Assembly: GCF_022045235.1 (NCBI RefSeq)
Contig: NW_027266286.1
Location: forward strand, 21,886,001-21,950,000
Length of the DNA: 64,000 bases
Direction of reading: 5' to 3'
Source of the DNA: Haliotis cracherodii
Taxonomy: Eukaryota
In this document: piece by piece, positions 11,977-25,084 of the stretch
Layout of the letters: every line of letters starts with the position of its first letter
Position numbering within the stretch: position 1 is the first letter of the stretch
Notes under the pieces: model-generated
What the model was told of the DNA's origin: nothing
Seen by the model: the letters and a program-made list of their open reading frames with translations, nothing else
Databases searched by the model: none
Position numbers and translations under genes: made by a program

Positions 11977-12204
11977 TGTTTTCATCTTCTCGACGTATCT
12001 GGGAAAGGTTTCCTGACGTTCTCTGACTTGCGGGAGGCGGCTGACCACACCCAGGTGCGCCTGTCCAACAGGGCGGTGCGGGAGATGCTGCAGGAGGCCG
12101 ACGTCACGGGGGACGGGAAGATCACCCCCGACGAGTTCGTCCACATCATGTTGCAGACCAACACCTTCAGACTGACCAACAAGGGCAGGACCAGGCTGAA
12201 GTGA
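11977..12204 (+). CDS. Centrin-like EF-hand protein, final coding exon
   Basis: TTTCAG acceptor. Reads CFHLLDVSGKGFLTFSDLREAA...EMLQEADVTGDGKITPDEFVHIMLQTNTFRLTNKGRTRLK* (EF-hands 3 and 4, centrin-like C-terminus). Total CDS 1269 nt = 422 aa. Confidence 0.92.
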   Translation, partial: CFHLLDVSGKGFLTFSDLREAADHTQVRLSNRAVREMLQEADVTGDGKITPDEFVHIMLQTNTFRLTNKGRTRLK

Positions 12205-13169
12205 TCCTGTAAAAAATTACCAAAACTCAAAAGTGACGTATATGATACTTGTGCTACCTGTGATATCCACAGACTTGTGGTAGCGACAAGCGCATTCGTC
12301 ACCACTCGCCCCTTTCCGTAACCTGCTTGTCCGGGAATAACACGAGTTGGTCACGAATGCGACAAGTGCTTACGGTCAAAGGGAGATAACTCTAGATACC
12401 GGATGTGATAACGAATGTCAACTGTTGTTACCTTTATTATATTATTGCTATTTACATAATTATTCATACATCGTCATCATCATAATTATCTATATTTTGA
12501 TTGTTTGTCTTGTTTACAGTTGCATGTCAGTAAATAATTCTTTAATCTACTTAACGCCCTTATTTTCAATTCACCAGATCGTCCCCTTAAACCTTCTGTC
12601 TATCTTTAGACATTTTTTCACACCTGCAGGGCTTCCCCAGTCTATTTATATCTTGCATTAAGCACTTCCTTTGATCTATCTTCTAATTGGCCACCCTGGT
12701 CCTTTACAGGTAGCTTCTTTCCATACCTGACTTCCTCCTCACTTCTTGTGCTGCTGTTGAGGAGGAAGGATATTTTCTTTTCTTCAGGTATGGAATGGCC
12801 ACTTTTCAATCTGTTTTCATCTGCCTCTGTCAGAAATTAATATCTATATTAGGTTGCGGAATTAAATTGAATAACATATGTAATATCTTTCAAAGTAATA
12901 TTAAATTAGTAAATGAAATATTAATATTATAAAACTAGTTTGTAAAATAATTAACCACATGGTCCATTTTGGCCCATGTGCTTTTTCAAGTATTATAGAA
13001 TTTTAATGTTAGATTATTACTAGTTTTATTATGTTTACAAAATGGCTTTGTACTTCTATGATAATATAAATACCTGTTATCCTGCAAATACCTGACTTCA
13101 TGTGCTGCTGTTGAGGAGTAAGTATATGTTCTTTTCTTCAGGTTATTTCTTCAACAGCAGCCACCCCCA

Positions 13170-13363
13170 TCATTTAATAAAAGCGTAATCATCATCTGCT
13201 AGTGTCTGTGTTCTCCACCAGCCTGAGCCGGATCAAATACACCACCCCGGCTACAAATTTGGCGCCCAACTTTGGGCTGAGCACTTTCATATTACATTTG
13301 AGCAAAATAAGCCTCAGTACCCTACTATGCGGCCCGGGACGTACCTTCTGTTGACGGGGAATA
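13170..13363 (+). mobile_element. LTR 3' end, tRNA-Lys PBS, short internal region and PPT-like tract
   Basis: AATAAA...CCCCGGCTACA (ends 13255), then TGGCGCCCAAC at 13260 (tRNA-Lys primer site), then GACGGGGAATA immediately before TGTAGC at 13364. Confidence 0.6.
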
Positions 13364-13535
13364 TGTAGCAGGGCGTGGAGTCATCCCACAGATGACATCC
13401 TTACCTTGACAGCTTGTTGACGGGGTTAACCTCTTTGGTCATGTGGACAAGGCGTCAGACCTCGCGTCAGACCTCTGATCAGAAGGTCCGTGGTTCGAAT
13501 CCCTTCAGGGGACACAATTTTTTTATGGCCGCTAA
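13364..13535 (+). mobile_element. LTR-like repeat containing a tRNA-Arg-derived pseudogene
   Basis: Second copy at 53761-53921 (-). TGTAGC start, GGACAAGGCGTC...GATCAGAAGGTCCGTGGTTCGAATCC tRNA-like core, then an oligo-T run. Confidence 0.65.
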
Positions 13536-13687
13536 GTATGACTGGTAAGTAATGGTAAGTGATCGAATATCGATATCTGGTTCGGTAGTGAGGATGTAAC
13601 GGAGATGGTAGAATAGCAGAGTCTGAATCTTGAATAAATAAGTGGTGTTGTAACGAGCTGTTACGATCTTTCACTATCCAGTACAAA

Positions 13688-13940
13688 GAGGCACAGGTTG
13701 CGCGGTCATATAAGGCGCCGTATTTCGCGGTGTAGAGTTGCGTCTCTTATGTGTGCCAGGAACCTATGATAGTGGTTTCGAATCTCGGTTCGCCCTGATT
13801 ATGTTTCTGGATTTCTGAGCAACATACCCATGCTTGTGAATTTCACAAAAGAAATGAACGTCTACAACTTGCATCACTTCAGGTTTTCCTCCCATATTAA
13901 GCTGACAGGTCGTGATATAACTGAAATACAGTTCAAAGTC
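13688..13940 (+). mobile_element. SINE family A, old diverged copy
   Basis: Colinear but mutated homology to family A. Confidence 0.75.
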
Positions 13941-14035
13941 TTAGTGGAATAAGACCAGAAACATTAATGCCCAAATAGTCAGTGAACTAAAGCCATGAAG
14001 AAGTTTGGTTCATTGGCGTTGCTTTTGCATAAACG

Positions 14036-14290
14036 CCCGTGAAGATCCGGGGTAGATAAGGTCTTCAGCAACCCATGCTTGCCGTAAAGGGCGACTATGC
14101 TTGTCGTAAGAGGTGACTAAGGGGATCGGGTGGTCAGGCTCGCTGACTTGGTTGATGCATGTCAATTGCGAGGATCGATGCTCTTGATATCAATCACTGG
14201 ATTGTCTGGTCTAGACTCGATTATTTACAGACCGCCGTCATATAAGTGGAATATTGCTGAGTGTTGCGTTAAACAACAAACAAAACAAAT
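14036..14290 (+). mobile_element. SINE family C copy
   Basis: Homology to 345-621, with (CAAA)n tail. Confidence 0.85.
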
Positions 14291-14567
14291 TTTGCATAAA
14301 CAAACGTAAATAAAAAGAATTTTACTTGGAGCCCTACATTTCTGCTTTCCACTAATCAGTGAATTAATGAATGTAAGTCTTGTTATGCAGCATTTTACGG
14401 TTTCGGTGGAGTAAACTTTATCCAAAAGTACGCGGATATGTATTTATATAAAAATAATAGGCCATCTGACATAATTCAAAAATGTTTTATCGCCATAGAA
14501 GGATTACTATGGCTTCCGAACTTTCTGAATATCAAAGTTACAGCGCATGTTCATTACTAGACCGTCA

Positions 14568-14715
14568 AACAGACCCTGAAACAAATATATCCAATTCGGC
14601 CGATGCGAGTCTGTAATATTTGGCAAGTCTAGATTTCTTGCAGTACCAGGGGGAGAGTTTCTGGGCTCCTTTTTATTGTATTTTAATAACTATAGTCTAA
14701 CAGTTGTTTTGATTT
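14568..14715 (+). repeat. Dispersed repeat, unclassified (second copy ~44066-44215)
   Basis: Shared ACAGACCCTGA.ACAAATATATC...TTTGGCAAGTCTAGAT...CTGGGCTCCTTTT. Confidence 0.7.
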
Positions 14716-15659
14716 GAGTCGTTGTTAGTCTAAAGCATAACTATTTACCCTGTTATTTCGTATTTTAATAATGGGTACATGATGAATGAATTGTTAAGCT
14801 GTTTTATTACCCAGCCAGGAATGTTGTTCGAATTGTTTAACACAATATTTAATACTGATTTCGAACTTTCATGATATTGTCGTAACTGCTTTCGGGCGTC
14901 AAGTAAGAGACCCGACTACAGTTACCTGAACGCATCGTCGTTCCTGGTCATCATGGTCAGTTAAGCCATGACTTTGCAGCTCGCCTGGTCAGCATCGGGT
15001 CATCTATGTCAAGGAGTGATTGGTCTATCGACGCTTACTCCGAATTGTCTCCATCAGCATTTATACTCGCATGATAAAGAAACGCATCACCAGCTTTATA
15101 CTCACATTAGTTTTACTGACTCTCAATCTATCTATAACTACACGACGGGATCAGACCGACCAGGCTCGTCACTAAGTGGGTAGAACTTAGAAAGATCGGA
15201 GTTTGACTCGATCGGGCGCAAACCGCGTTCTTCTCTCATAATGTTGACTATCATTTTAAAGTGTTCGGGCCTGGCCTTTGTCACATGTCTTCATAGATAA
15301 TTTTAGTTGGTTAAGAACAATATCAGACCATGAACTCGTGTCAGCGTCGTGACCAGCAAATTACCGGAACCTACAAACCGATTAAAGATGTCTATTGATT
15401 AATTGGCGAAAACACCACCGAAGCTATCCCGAAATATCCTGTGACTGTCATCGCCCTATTGATTTCCTGCTTGCTTCTGTCTCCATATTTTTTTAAAGCT
15501 ATAACCATCAATTTAAAGGTTGTCTGTTATTATTTTGTAAGGTTTTGGGGGATGCAGTTTTACCTTATAACAATATCTAAGCAACTCAAAAACCATATCA
15601 TAACAAAATAATCTGACAGTTGTAACCCCAATTGGTAGATGCATATATCTACCACAAGT

Positions 15660-16171
15660 CATCTTCTAGAGGCAAGAGTTAACTGAGTGTAAAAGTCCAG
15701 TTACCACCCTTGCCGAACCATGTTGGAATTCCTCGGCTTGATCGTAGCGCCACCAGTGGTTGTTATGAGTTATGTCCCTTCTATGCTTCTCTTATGGACC
15801 AATCAGATTCCACCTCTCGTATCACTTGTATTTGCTTCAAAAAAACCTCGGCGCCCAGTCAAGACGATCTAATCGATAATCAAGATCTATATATTGTGAT
15901 AAAACGACTCTTACATCGAAAAGTGCATCAAATCACGTGAGCATATATGTTGACAATGAGCTAGCGGTGCACATGCTTTGCAAATCCTGTAATCGACCGA
16001 AATTTACATGACAATTTACGAACCGGATTTCGATTTCGGAAGGCGATTTTGATTGGACTATGCATAGACTCATTAGTCCAGCCAAAATGTAACTTCATAA
16101 TACCAGCCTAGTTCGGCAAGGGTGGAAACTGGACTTTTATAGTCAGTTAACTCCCTTGCCTCTGGAAGATG
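15660..16171. mobile_element. MITE with ~60-bp TIRs and a perfect 9-bp TSD (MULE-like TSD length)
   Basis: TSD ACCACAAGT at 15651-15659 and 16172-16180. TIR CATCTTCTAGAGGCAAG...CCCTTGCCGAAC and its complement. Confidence 0.88.
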
Positions 16172-16367
16172 ACCACAAGTATGTTACAACATCACGTAAC
16201 ACTGGTGTGGACATTTATCAAATGATGAGATGTGTATTCAGTGTTTAATGCGTCACATAGCATATTAGTTGTGTAACAAGACAGGCTTTGGGCACCTTAT
16301 ATTTGCATGCCTTTGCGTTGTGATTCTTTTATCAAGGATATATTGATGCCGAAAATACTAAAGAAGG

Positions 16368-17174
16368 TGTCTACGGTCCCTCTGTCTGTCCTTTACGACC
16401 TCAGTTAGTTAGATATAGGGAGGTGATTCAAAAAAATATAATCAAGTTTCAACAGTTTATTACAGAAAAATAAAAACACACGAAAAAAACCAACTGTAAC
16501 AAAATATAAATACGAACTCAACAACAATTACAAATCAGTCATTCCTATGCCTAACTAAAATTTACATTATTAAGCCAAAAATCCTACTTACTTATATCTT
16601 AAGAATAAAACTCAGAAGCAGCCTAAAGCAGACGAGAAACCCCTCACTAACCCACTTTAATAAATAATCCCTACAGCATCCTTAACACCGTCTACGAGGA
16701 CAAACAAACCACCCTTCCAAACCTCCGAACAAAATCGGTCAATGTAGCTACATCACATAGCTTACATTATTTCCTAATTAAATCCACCCATCCAGGAATT
16801 GTTCGACCTCCGAACAGGTAATTTGGTGTGGTCTCCCTCACCTGTAGTGATCTTCCCGATCATGCAAGACAAGGAGAGCATTCGCGCCAATCTCTTATAT
16901 ACTCGCAAGGACACGTAACCCATGGGTCAACACGTCTAAACGGTGCAGCCACTGGCTAACCCAGTCTGTCACCAACCAATCGGAGCGCTCTTACCATACG
17001 ACCCACGACTGAAAACACTAAATCGGCATGCAGCCGACAAACGCACGTGCCCGCACGTGGGGCAAGATCTGAAACGTGCTGTCCCAAGCGAACAACATAT
17101 CGGTAAGGAGCTATTAACCACGTAAATGCTGCCATCTATCCTACATAATCAGAGGAAATTTCAATATTTCTACA
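16368..17174 (-). mobile_element. Probable solo LTR
   Basis: On the - strand: TGT...ACA ends, a TATA-like TATATAAG (~16900) and a downstream AATAAA (~16456). No TSD seen. Confidence 0.4.
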
Positions 17175-17316
17175 CTTGTAACCGCTAGTTGACAAACTCG
17201 TCATATCCAACTGCAACTGAGCATCCGATAGTAGGAATTCAAAACAAATTTGCAAAGCTTACCGTGATTTTCATAAACAATTTCTGTAGGTCTTTAATGT
17301 TGATCTTTCTAAGCTA

Positions 17317-18325
17317 CGAGGGCTGGTCATAAAGTTCTAAGTCTTACTAACTTTAAACTATGGACCATAACAAAGTGAACTGGTCAGTAGAGTACATTGT
17401 TTGTGTATTTCATTGCAAGGACATTTTAAGGCTGGATGAACAATACAAGCCTTGATGTTGACCCTAGGTCTGGAGGTCCCTCAACTTCCATCAATGAAGA
17501 TTGAATCAAAGAGATAGAAAAAACTTATACTGTCAGATAGACGTATTACCATTGCTGAACTTGATAAAGACACAGGTCTTAGCCATGGGTACATTGAAAC
17601 TATTATTCATGAACATTTACAGATGAATAAGATGTTTCCTCGTTGGCTGCCAAAGTTTCTAAATTCTGATCTTAAGGGAAAGGGAACAGGCATTGTCAGA
17701 GACAATTGAGAGCTAATTGAGGAGGATTTCATCAAATTCAGAAAAGGATTAGTAACGAGTGAGGAAACATGCGTCTACCACTATGATCCCGAGACACAAC
17801 GTCAATCCATGGAATGACACCAAGTTATGGCCACTGTTTTCTGGGATGCAACGGATGTTTTCCTTGTTGATTATTTATAGTCAAAAGGTGATTACCGGTG
17901 CCTACTATGTTGATTTGCCTCATCGTCTGAGAGATTCTATCAAATAAAAGCGGCGAGGAATGCTGATTCCTGTTCTACTACTTCACGACAATGCCTCTTC
18001 TCACACCTCTCGACTTGCAAAGGATGCTGTGCGACAATATGGGTCCGAAGATCTTCCTCATCCTCCATACTCGTCAGACCTGGCACCAAGTGATTTCCAC
18101 CTGTTTCCTAAACTGAAAGAACACCTTTGTGGAAAGCGCTTTCACGACAACAATGACCACAAAGCTGCCGTCAATGGGTTTATCAGGATGGCTTCAGAAA
18201 CTTTTTCCTGATTGAAATTGAAAAGCTTCACTATCGATATGAGAAGTGTATTGAAAACATAAAATTAAAAACATTTTCACAATTGTTGGTTTTGTTTGTT
18301 GGGCATAGAACTTTTTTATGCGAGA
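17317..18325 (+). mobile_element. Decayed mariner (DD34D-type) transposon
   Basis: TA|CGAGGG TIR start. Remnant motifs RWLPKFL, YHYDPETQRQSMEW, LLHDNASSHTS and HPPYSSDLAPSDFHLFPKLK. Confidence 0.92.
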
Positions 18326-20549
18326 GTTTTCTTTTACAAATTTCGAAATAATTTGTTCAATCTTGTGTATTACTGCGTTTATGATTTATGCTATACCAAC
18401 CATCACTTAGTTGAGAATGTTTATTGGAGAATAGATATTTTTCAAGCAACATGTAATTTTTTGTTCACTTATCTCTTGTCGCAAAGAAGTTGCAAGGGGT
18501 ATCTTAGAGAACCAGATAATCACCCAAATATATATTTATAGCAATTAAATCCGTATATTAAATACATTACCACTGATCTAATTTTGATAGTTATAATCCA
18601 TCTACACAAATGCACCAGTTAATATGATAATAAAGCAAATATAACATCATTGTTAAAGCACTAGTTATGGAAGTGGGTTGTTTCTATTTATGTCAATGTC
18701 TGACAAAGAAATATTTTAGATAGTTAATTAAAGCTGACATAGACCTTCATAGGCACGTGAGTAATTTGTTTTGGAATCGGTAATTAGTTAATTACTTTGA
18801 TACATTTTCAACTCTTGGTGTATTTTTATACAAAGGATACTACACAGAATGTCGTTTTTGAAAGCCAAGACTAGTTATAGCTCAAATGAACTGTCGCAGT
18901 CAAGTGAGCCGTTGCGTGAATGTAACTAAGCTCACGTGTATATTTGAATTTATCACCAAACAGCCCTACAAGGAACAACATCAATTTTTATAACACATTT
19001 CTGTTATCCTTATACACTGCGATGTGAAACTGACATTCTATATTTTTCCACTTTTTTTGTACAAAAGCTTGTTGCCATACTTGATTTATATACTCTGCAT
19101 TATCAAAGGCGTACCTCCGGTCGTCGTCCTGCGAATGGAAAAATTCGAGGGGTCGTCGTCCTGAGAATACCCCGATCGAAGTACCCATATAGTGACGCGC
19201 AATCTGATTGGCTTGCACCGTTTCGACGCATGGCGGCCTTCGAGAAGTGGACGAGCCTTTTTGTTGGTTATGGAAACACGCGAGTAGTGACGAATGAGTA
19301 GAAGCAAGAATAGGATAGAAAACACATAGTTATTTTTCTTTGTGGTCTTAGTCTTCTTTCACTTCGAGGTTGAGTTTGCCCTTTTCTTGAAAACGTTTTA
19401 TGGAGTACGTTTTGTCGAAAAATAGTTCAAAGTTCGTACTTAGAAACGCCTACAAACGAAAAGATTTGTGAAACAACGACTTAGTGTTGTCCGTCTCGCA
19501 TCGAAGAACTTCCCAACGAAAAGAATGTTTCTGTCTAATCCTGTAGCAAATGAATGCAAACAAAATGCAAATATCGTCATTACCACCAACCAAAGTTATA
19601 TGTATAATGTTAGGCAATTAACTTTTTCGTGGAATGCATCCGTGAATATCCACATAAAGGAAAAGTATACCATACATCTACAGCTGTACGGAGGAACGTA
19701 GCTTTGTAACAATATATATCGTTTCTGGATACTATAACGCGTGTTTATAAAGTGAAGAACATAAGAAATCAACATCAAAGGGTTTGATAGGTATTCCAGT
19801 GATATCATTTCTTGGTGGTTAATGAACTAAGAACCACGACTGGCTCTTCTTTAAGCATAAATCTGTACATCCAATTGAAAGCAATGCATGAATAGAATAT
19901 AAGTATGATAAACGATACATATCAAAGTAGGCAAATAAGAAAAGAATATGTTACATGAAATCGTTGGGATGGCCACTTGGGATGGCATTCATTTTACAGG
20001 TATTAATACCTCAGTTCTATATTCCATTTACAATTAAGTATGCTTGGCACAATACACCATAGTTTGGTGATCCCGTTTGTAAAAAGCAATTACATATAGC
20101 GTACACATGGTTGATTCACAGAAGAAACATGAGTCAGTCAGTCATGAGATAGACAGCGGTCCATTCATGTACTGTCCCCATGAAGGATAGATATTCTAGC
20201 TGCGAGGCATATTGTTGTATCAGGTGATAAGTCTTAGTTTCATAAACAAATACCAAACATAGTCCTCCCAGATGCATAAAAAGCTTTATGGTACACATAT
20301 GTTATAGTCAGTTCGTATTATCTTGATTCATAATTTGGGACACAAATACATATCTCCTGGGACGTTCCAGTTCAGAAAATCAGTAATCACTGGCCGTAAG
20401 TCACTTGAATCAGCCTCATCCATATCCAACGTGCATTTCCTTTCTGAGACAGCCAGTCATTGCCAGCCTAAGCTTCACCTCATACTCTGGAAGCCGACCT
20501 TCTTTGGTGATCCTTAGAGCATTTCCATCCAGCTCCTTGATGAAGATAA

Positions 20550-20770
20550 TTTGTTTGTTTGTTTGTTGTTTTATGCCGCACTCAGCAATATTCCAGCTGT
20601 ATGACGTCGGTCTGTAAATAACCGAGTCTGGACCAGACAAGTCAATGATTGACATCATCAGCTTCGATCCACGCGATTGGGATATGATGTCATGCATCAA
20701 CCAAGTCAGCGAGCCTGACCACCCGATCCCGTTAGTCACCTTTTACGGCAAGCATTGGTTGCTGAAGACC
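20550..20770 (-). mobile_element. SINE family C copy
   Basis: Homology to 345-621. Confidence 0.85.
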
Positions 20771-21075
20771 AATGTTTCATGTTGCACGTTTCAGTATACA
20801 ATTGTGTTCGCAACTCCAATCTTTTAGTTTTATTCGTGAATATACTACTCCATAAAATCACAAAGCTTTATGTATTGTTTTGTTCTTATATTAACTCAAT
20901 CAATAAAGGGGGTGTTACACATTGATTCGACAATTATAAGAAGGTGTATCCATTTTTTGTGCTATGTCTTTGGCAGTGTGATTTTATTCCCTCACTATGA
21001 CCCTTTTCGTACTCTTCGTCGGATCACTGAAGGCTGACCTCGCATCTTTAACGCGACCTGTCCTTACACCAAGCC

Positions 21076-21244
21076 GGGGGCAGTGAGTTGGCCCAGTGGT
21101 TGAATCATTGGCTCGCCAGGCCGAAGACCCGAGTTCGATTCCCTACATTGGTACAATGTGTGAAACCCATTTTCCGGTGTCCCCCGTCGTGATATTGCTG
21201 GTATATTGCTAACAGCGGCGTAATACCACACTCACTCACTCACT
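21076..21244 (+). mobile_element. SINE family B copy
   Basis: A/B boxes, shared tail and degenerate TSD TTA(C/A)ACCAA(G/T)CC. Confidence 0.85.
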
Positions 21245-22006
21245 TAAACCAATCCGTAGATTGATGGACAGCGGTTTCAAATCCCTTAACCTCGCGCATA
21301 ACGTACTTCCATGTATAAAAGGTAATATGTTTTCACATCAATACCTTCCAGAAAAAATTGTGATTTTTTTCAAGTAAGAAGGGGTATATGTTGACATAAT
21401 CATAGTGGTATACATTATACGGTTGGCGTTGATATATCTACAGTGTTATTGTCATAAATACATTTTATAAGTAATAGCTACATGGTTGTAATATTATTTT
21501 ATATTCTACCATGACATTGATGAATGCTTGATTCTGATTGGTTAAAAAGAGGTTTCCTTATTGCTACGGAAACCCCTTTCACACATATTAAGCCTTTTCA
21601 CACACAAAAAACGTGCGTATGAATACATAGATAGTATACATATCGATTCATAGATCATAGATCTATAATGATATAAGAACTCTATTACCGAAATATTATG
21701 TACAAAACCCAACTCTTTTTAAATTCCAACAACTACTGTCATCACAAAATGCCTACACTGTAAATGTCTTAGCGAAATATATTTTCCTGTTAATGAAAAA
21801 AAGATGTAAACAACTCAATATTAATTAATTGTCACTTTGATTGACCAATGTATAATATTGTATGGTGCTCAATTGAATTGAAAAAATCAAAGAAATATGT
21901 ATTGTATAATGGGCCGGTGGCCCCTTTACTGCAATAAACTCTCTCGCTACCGATTCATAGAAAATGGCTGCCGATCGATCACCCAATATCAACTGTAAAA
22001 CGTATC

Positions 22007-22125
22007 TATATTTCCTCTAATAAACTCTGGGTCTCTAATACCAGCCAGGTCTCTCATACACGCCGAGGCAAGGGCTCTCGCGAAATTAAAAGACGACATA
22101 GCGTCAAATAGAGGAAATACGGTAG
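22007..22125. mobile_element. Small Tc1/mariner/pogo-type MITE
   Basis: TATTTCCTCTA ... TAGAGGAAATACGGTA inverted termini. Confidence 0.5.
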
Positions 22126-22559
22126 TTTGATATCGGATGTTTTGAGCGTTGGCTTAGCCGCAACCGTAACTGCTTCGATGATGACATTAAAAGATTTAAC
22201 GAAGGCATATCTTTTGCAAACAGATGAAATGTTTATGAAACTGTTAGGAAAATGTTCTATGGTGACCAGAATCGGAACAATTTAAGGTATTTCCTCATTG
22301 AAACAACAGACAATGAAAGTATATTATAACATTATATAAATTGTTTGAAAAAACTTTATTCATGACAACATGTTCTTTACAAACCTTTTTAAGTGAGCGA
22401 TATTCGTTACCATCTCCGTCAACCACCATCGTAAGGATTTGGCAAAAAAGGATTTGAAAGTCAATAACTCAGAAAACAGTTGTCCATTCGAAAATCCACG
22501 TCCCCAACAATGTCCCGACATAAATTGATGTCAAACTTGATGAAATTCATTTCAGAACA

Positions 22560-22812
22560 CGGGGGCACGGATGGCCCAGTCGTCTGCGATTCGCTGTACA
22601 GAGTTGCGTCCCTTGGGCTCGCCAGAAACCTATGATTGTGGGTTCGAATACCGGTTCGCCCCGATTATGTTTCTAAGTTTGTCAGCACCATACCCGTGCT
22701 CGTGGGTTTCACCGAAGTGGTAAACGTCTGAGACCTGCATCACTTGGGGCTTTCCTCCCACATTAAGCTGACACGCCGTGATATAACTGGAATACTGTTA
22801 AAAGCATCGTTG
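22560..22812 (+). mobile_element. SINE family A copy (tail clipped)
   Basis: Homology to family A. Confidence 0.88.
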
Positions 22813-25084
22813 TACCACATCATAGATCGGGGTTGTCATCCTGTTTGGTTTAACTTGCAACGGAGAATGTAAACACAAGATTGTCAGCCATTGACAGCTG
22901 TGAGGTGTGAGTCACCGTCATGAAGGTCAAGTTCTGCCTCATCCAAGTTCGGGGTGGAGAGGCATTCATATTTGTGTTATTATTGTTTACTGGGGGTAAT
23001 TGATAACTAACTAATAACACTGACACAAGTTAAATGTACAATAGAATGTTAATTCAAAAAGTCTGTTGCAGAAGTATATTCGTTTAGCATTTTAAAACCC
23101 TTTTCTACAACCTGTCACCCCTACTATAGAAATGCTGGCATGTTCGATTTTCAAGAAATGACAGGGTCAGCCGAAACAGTGTACCATGGGTTGGAAGGAA
23201 TTAAAACATCTGTCTTTGGACTAAGTTTGGAGTTTTATTGTGTCAACTTCTTTTGCAAAACTATCTGTTTTGAACACTTATTTTGAACTACTCACGACTA
23301 TGGAGTTATTAATCTTGAACTTTAGTAATAATTGTTACATATATAACTACCTGTGACCACTTTTCGGAATGATCTAAGATTGCGGAGCTATGTGCCTGTA
23401 TTGTTACGCATTGCAAGAGAGCACCGTTTTCAAAGCGTTGTTGCAGTCATGGTAGAATTGTGGTTTAGTGCTCGGTTCCAAATCATAATAAAGAGGTGTC
23501 TACTCTACAGTAAGACTACATCAAATGAAAGTTACCTCCCTAACGCTCATATGATTACTCTGACACGTCAATTGTTCACGCTGTCCAAAAGTGCTAATAC
23601 CTCGCTACAAGGAAACCGTTAACCGCTTTCGGCCTCTCCCCGTCCTTCTCGTCAGCCAGACTCGTTACACGGAAATTGGTTCAACGTTTCCTGCATCGCT
23701 AAATGCTGTAGGCTAGTCCCCGACCTCCTCTACAGGCAAACCCGCTACACGAGAATGTAGCCACACGGGGATGGTTTATACCCCATGTCAAAATGTCGCA
23801 TTCTCGCGTTCTCGACTATTGACGAAAAGTACGAAATAACATCAACAGAGGAATGCGAGATCGCGAGAACGCGAGATCTGAGCCAAATTTCGCTTTCTCG
23901 CGATTCTTATACTTTTTGCATATTTAGCTTTTTTCTATTACAGTGCATATATTTCATTATACTTTTTATATTTTTCACAAATTTAAACTTAAACTATGAA
24001 ATATGAAAATTCGGAAGTCGTTAGACCAGTATTTCTCGTTTTTATCGCCACTAGTCGACCATGACGTCTGCTCCTTTGCAAGCTCATACACACAAACACT
24101 AAATTACATAATCATAGATAAAGTCGCCGCGTACGTCTGCCCCAGCCCTTGTTCTCTTGATAAGTGTTTTGTTACCAGCTGGCGCAGTTTTTGACCATCA
24201 TCTAAAACTGTAATTAAAATAAATTCTTATTGGGCAATACTGATACTATTCTATTACCACCTGCTTTTGTGTAGTCAACTTTCACAGCCTAGGACAGATA
24301 ACAGAGACCGAAATTATAACTTCAAAGTAATTGTTAATGTGATAAGAGTAGAGCTGTGGGGGTATATAACTCCTTGGGTGTTGATCCTCAGCACACTTGC
24401 TTGAATAAACCCTAAAGACCTCACAGCTCTCTTCTCTCTTGTTTCAAGGTGAGAAACATTTAAATATTCCTATTTTATGACTAAACTTCTTATTTCATTG
24501 TTATTATTGTCTAGAAAATGTTATAGTTAAGTTGAATCAGTACTGCCATATTGTAACTCTCTATCTACTGTGTACAAGTTCTAAATGACTGCTTATTATA
24601 TATATTATTTACCGTTTAATACTCAGGCACTCTTCAGTGTTGTTTCTAGTGTAATGCGTTGTGGGCTCCTCCAGTTTATGTGTCATTAATATGCGGCACC
24701 AATAGTTCAAACGTCACTATTATATATTAATTGATGTAACTTGAATGATATGAGACACTTGCTTGAATAAACCCTAAGGACCTCACAGCTCTCTTCTCTC
24801 TTGTTTCAAGGCTAGCTCCCAATAGCTAATTCCCCAAACCGAGGCCTGGCAGTTATTTGTATCACACCAACAAGGCTGTCTTAATTGGTGGAGACGTTCG
24901 ATCCTCGGTGCCTGGAGCCAGCCTTGTGAAATACAAGTTGAGACTGTGACGTTACCTGTACCTGACTGCACACTACCACCACCACCTCCACGGCTTGACA
25001 CCACACTATGCCTGCTGACACCATTGTCCCCTACAGAAGCAACAACACAGTCAGTCTCATCTTACCCAGCAACAACCCCCAGTA

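Noticed and set aside
11920-12305. Minus-strand ORFs over the last EF-hand exon
   Set aside because: Antisense shadows; the + strand frame gives clear EF-hands and correct splice phase.
13428-13512. Functional tRNA genes (also 53785-53860 and the SINE heads)
   Set aside because: Acceptor, T and anticodon stems are mismatched (one copy has a 12-bp internal duplication), and all sit within dispersed repeats.
20340-20548. Coding-like minus-strand stretch next to a SINE
   Set aside because: No recognisable family, frames break, and no convincing splice sites.
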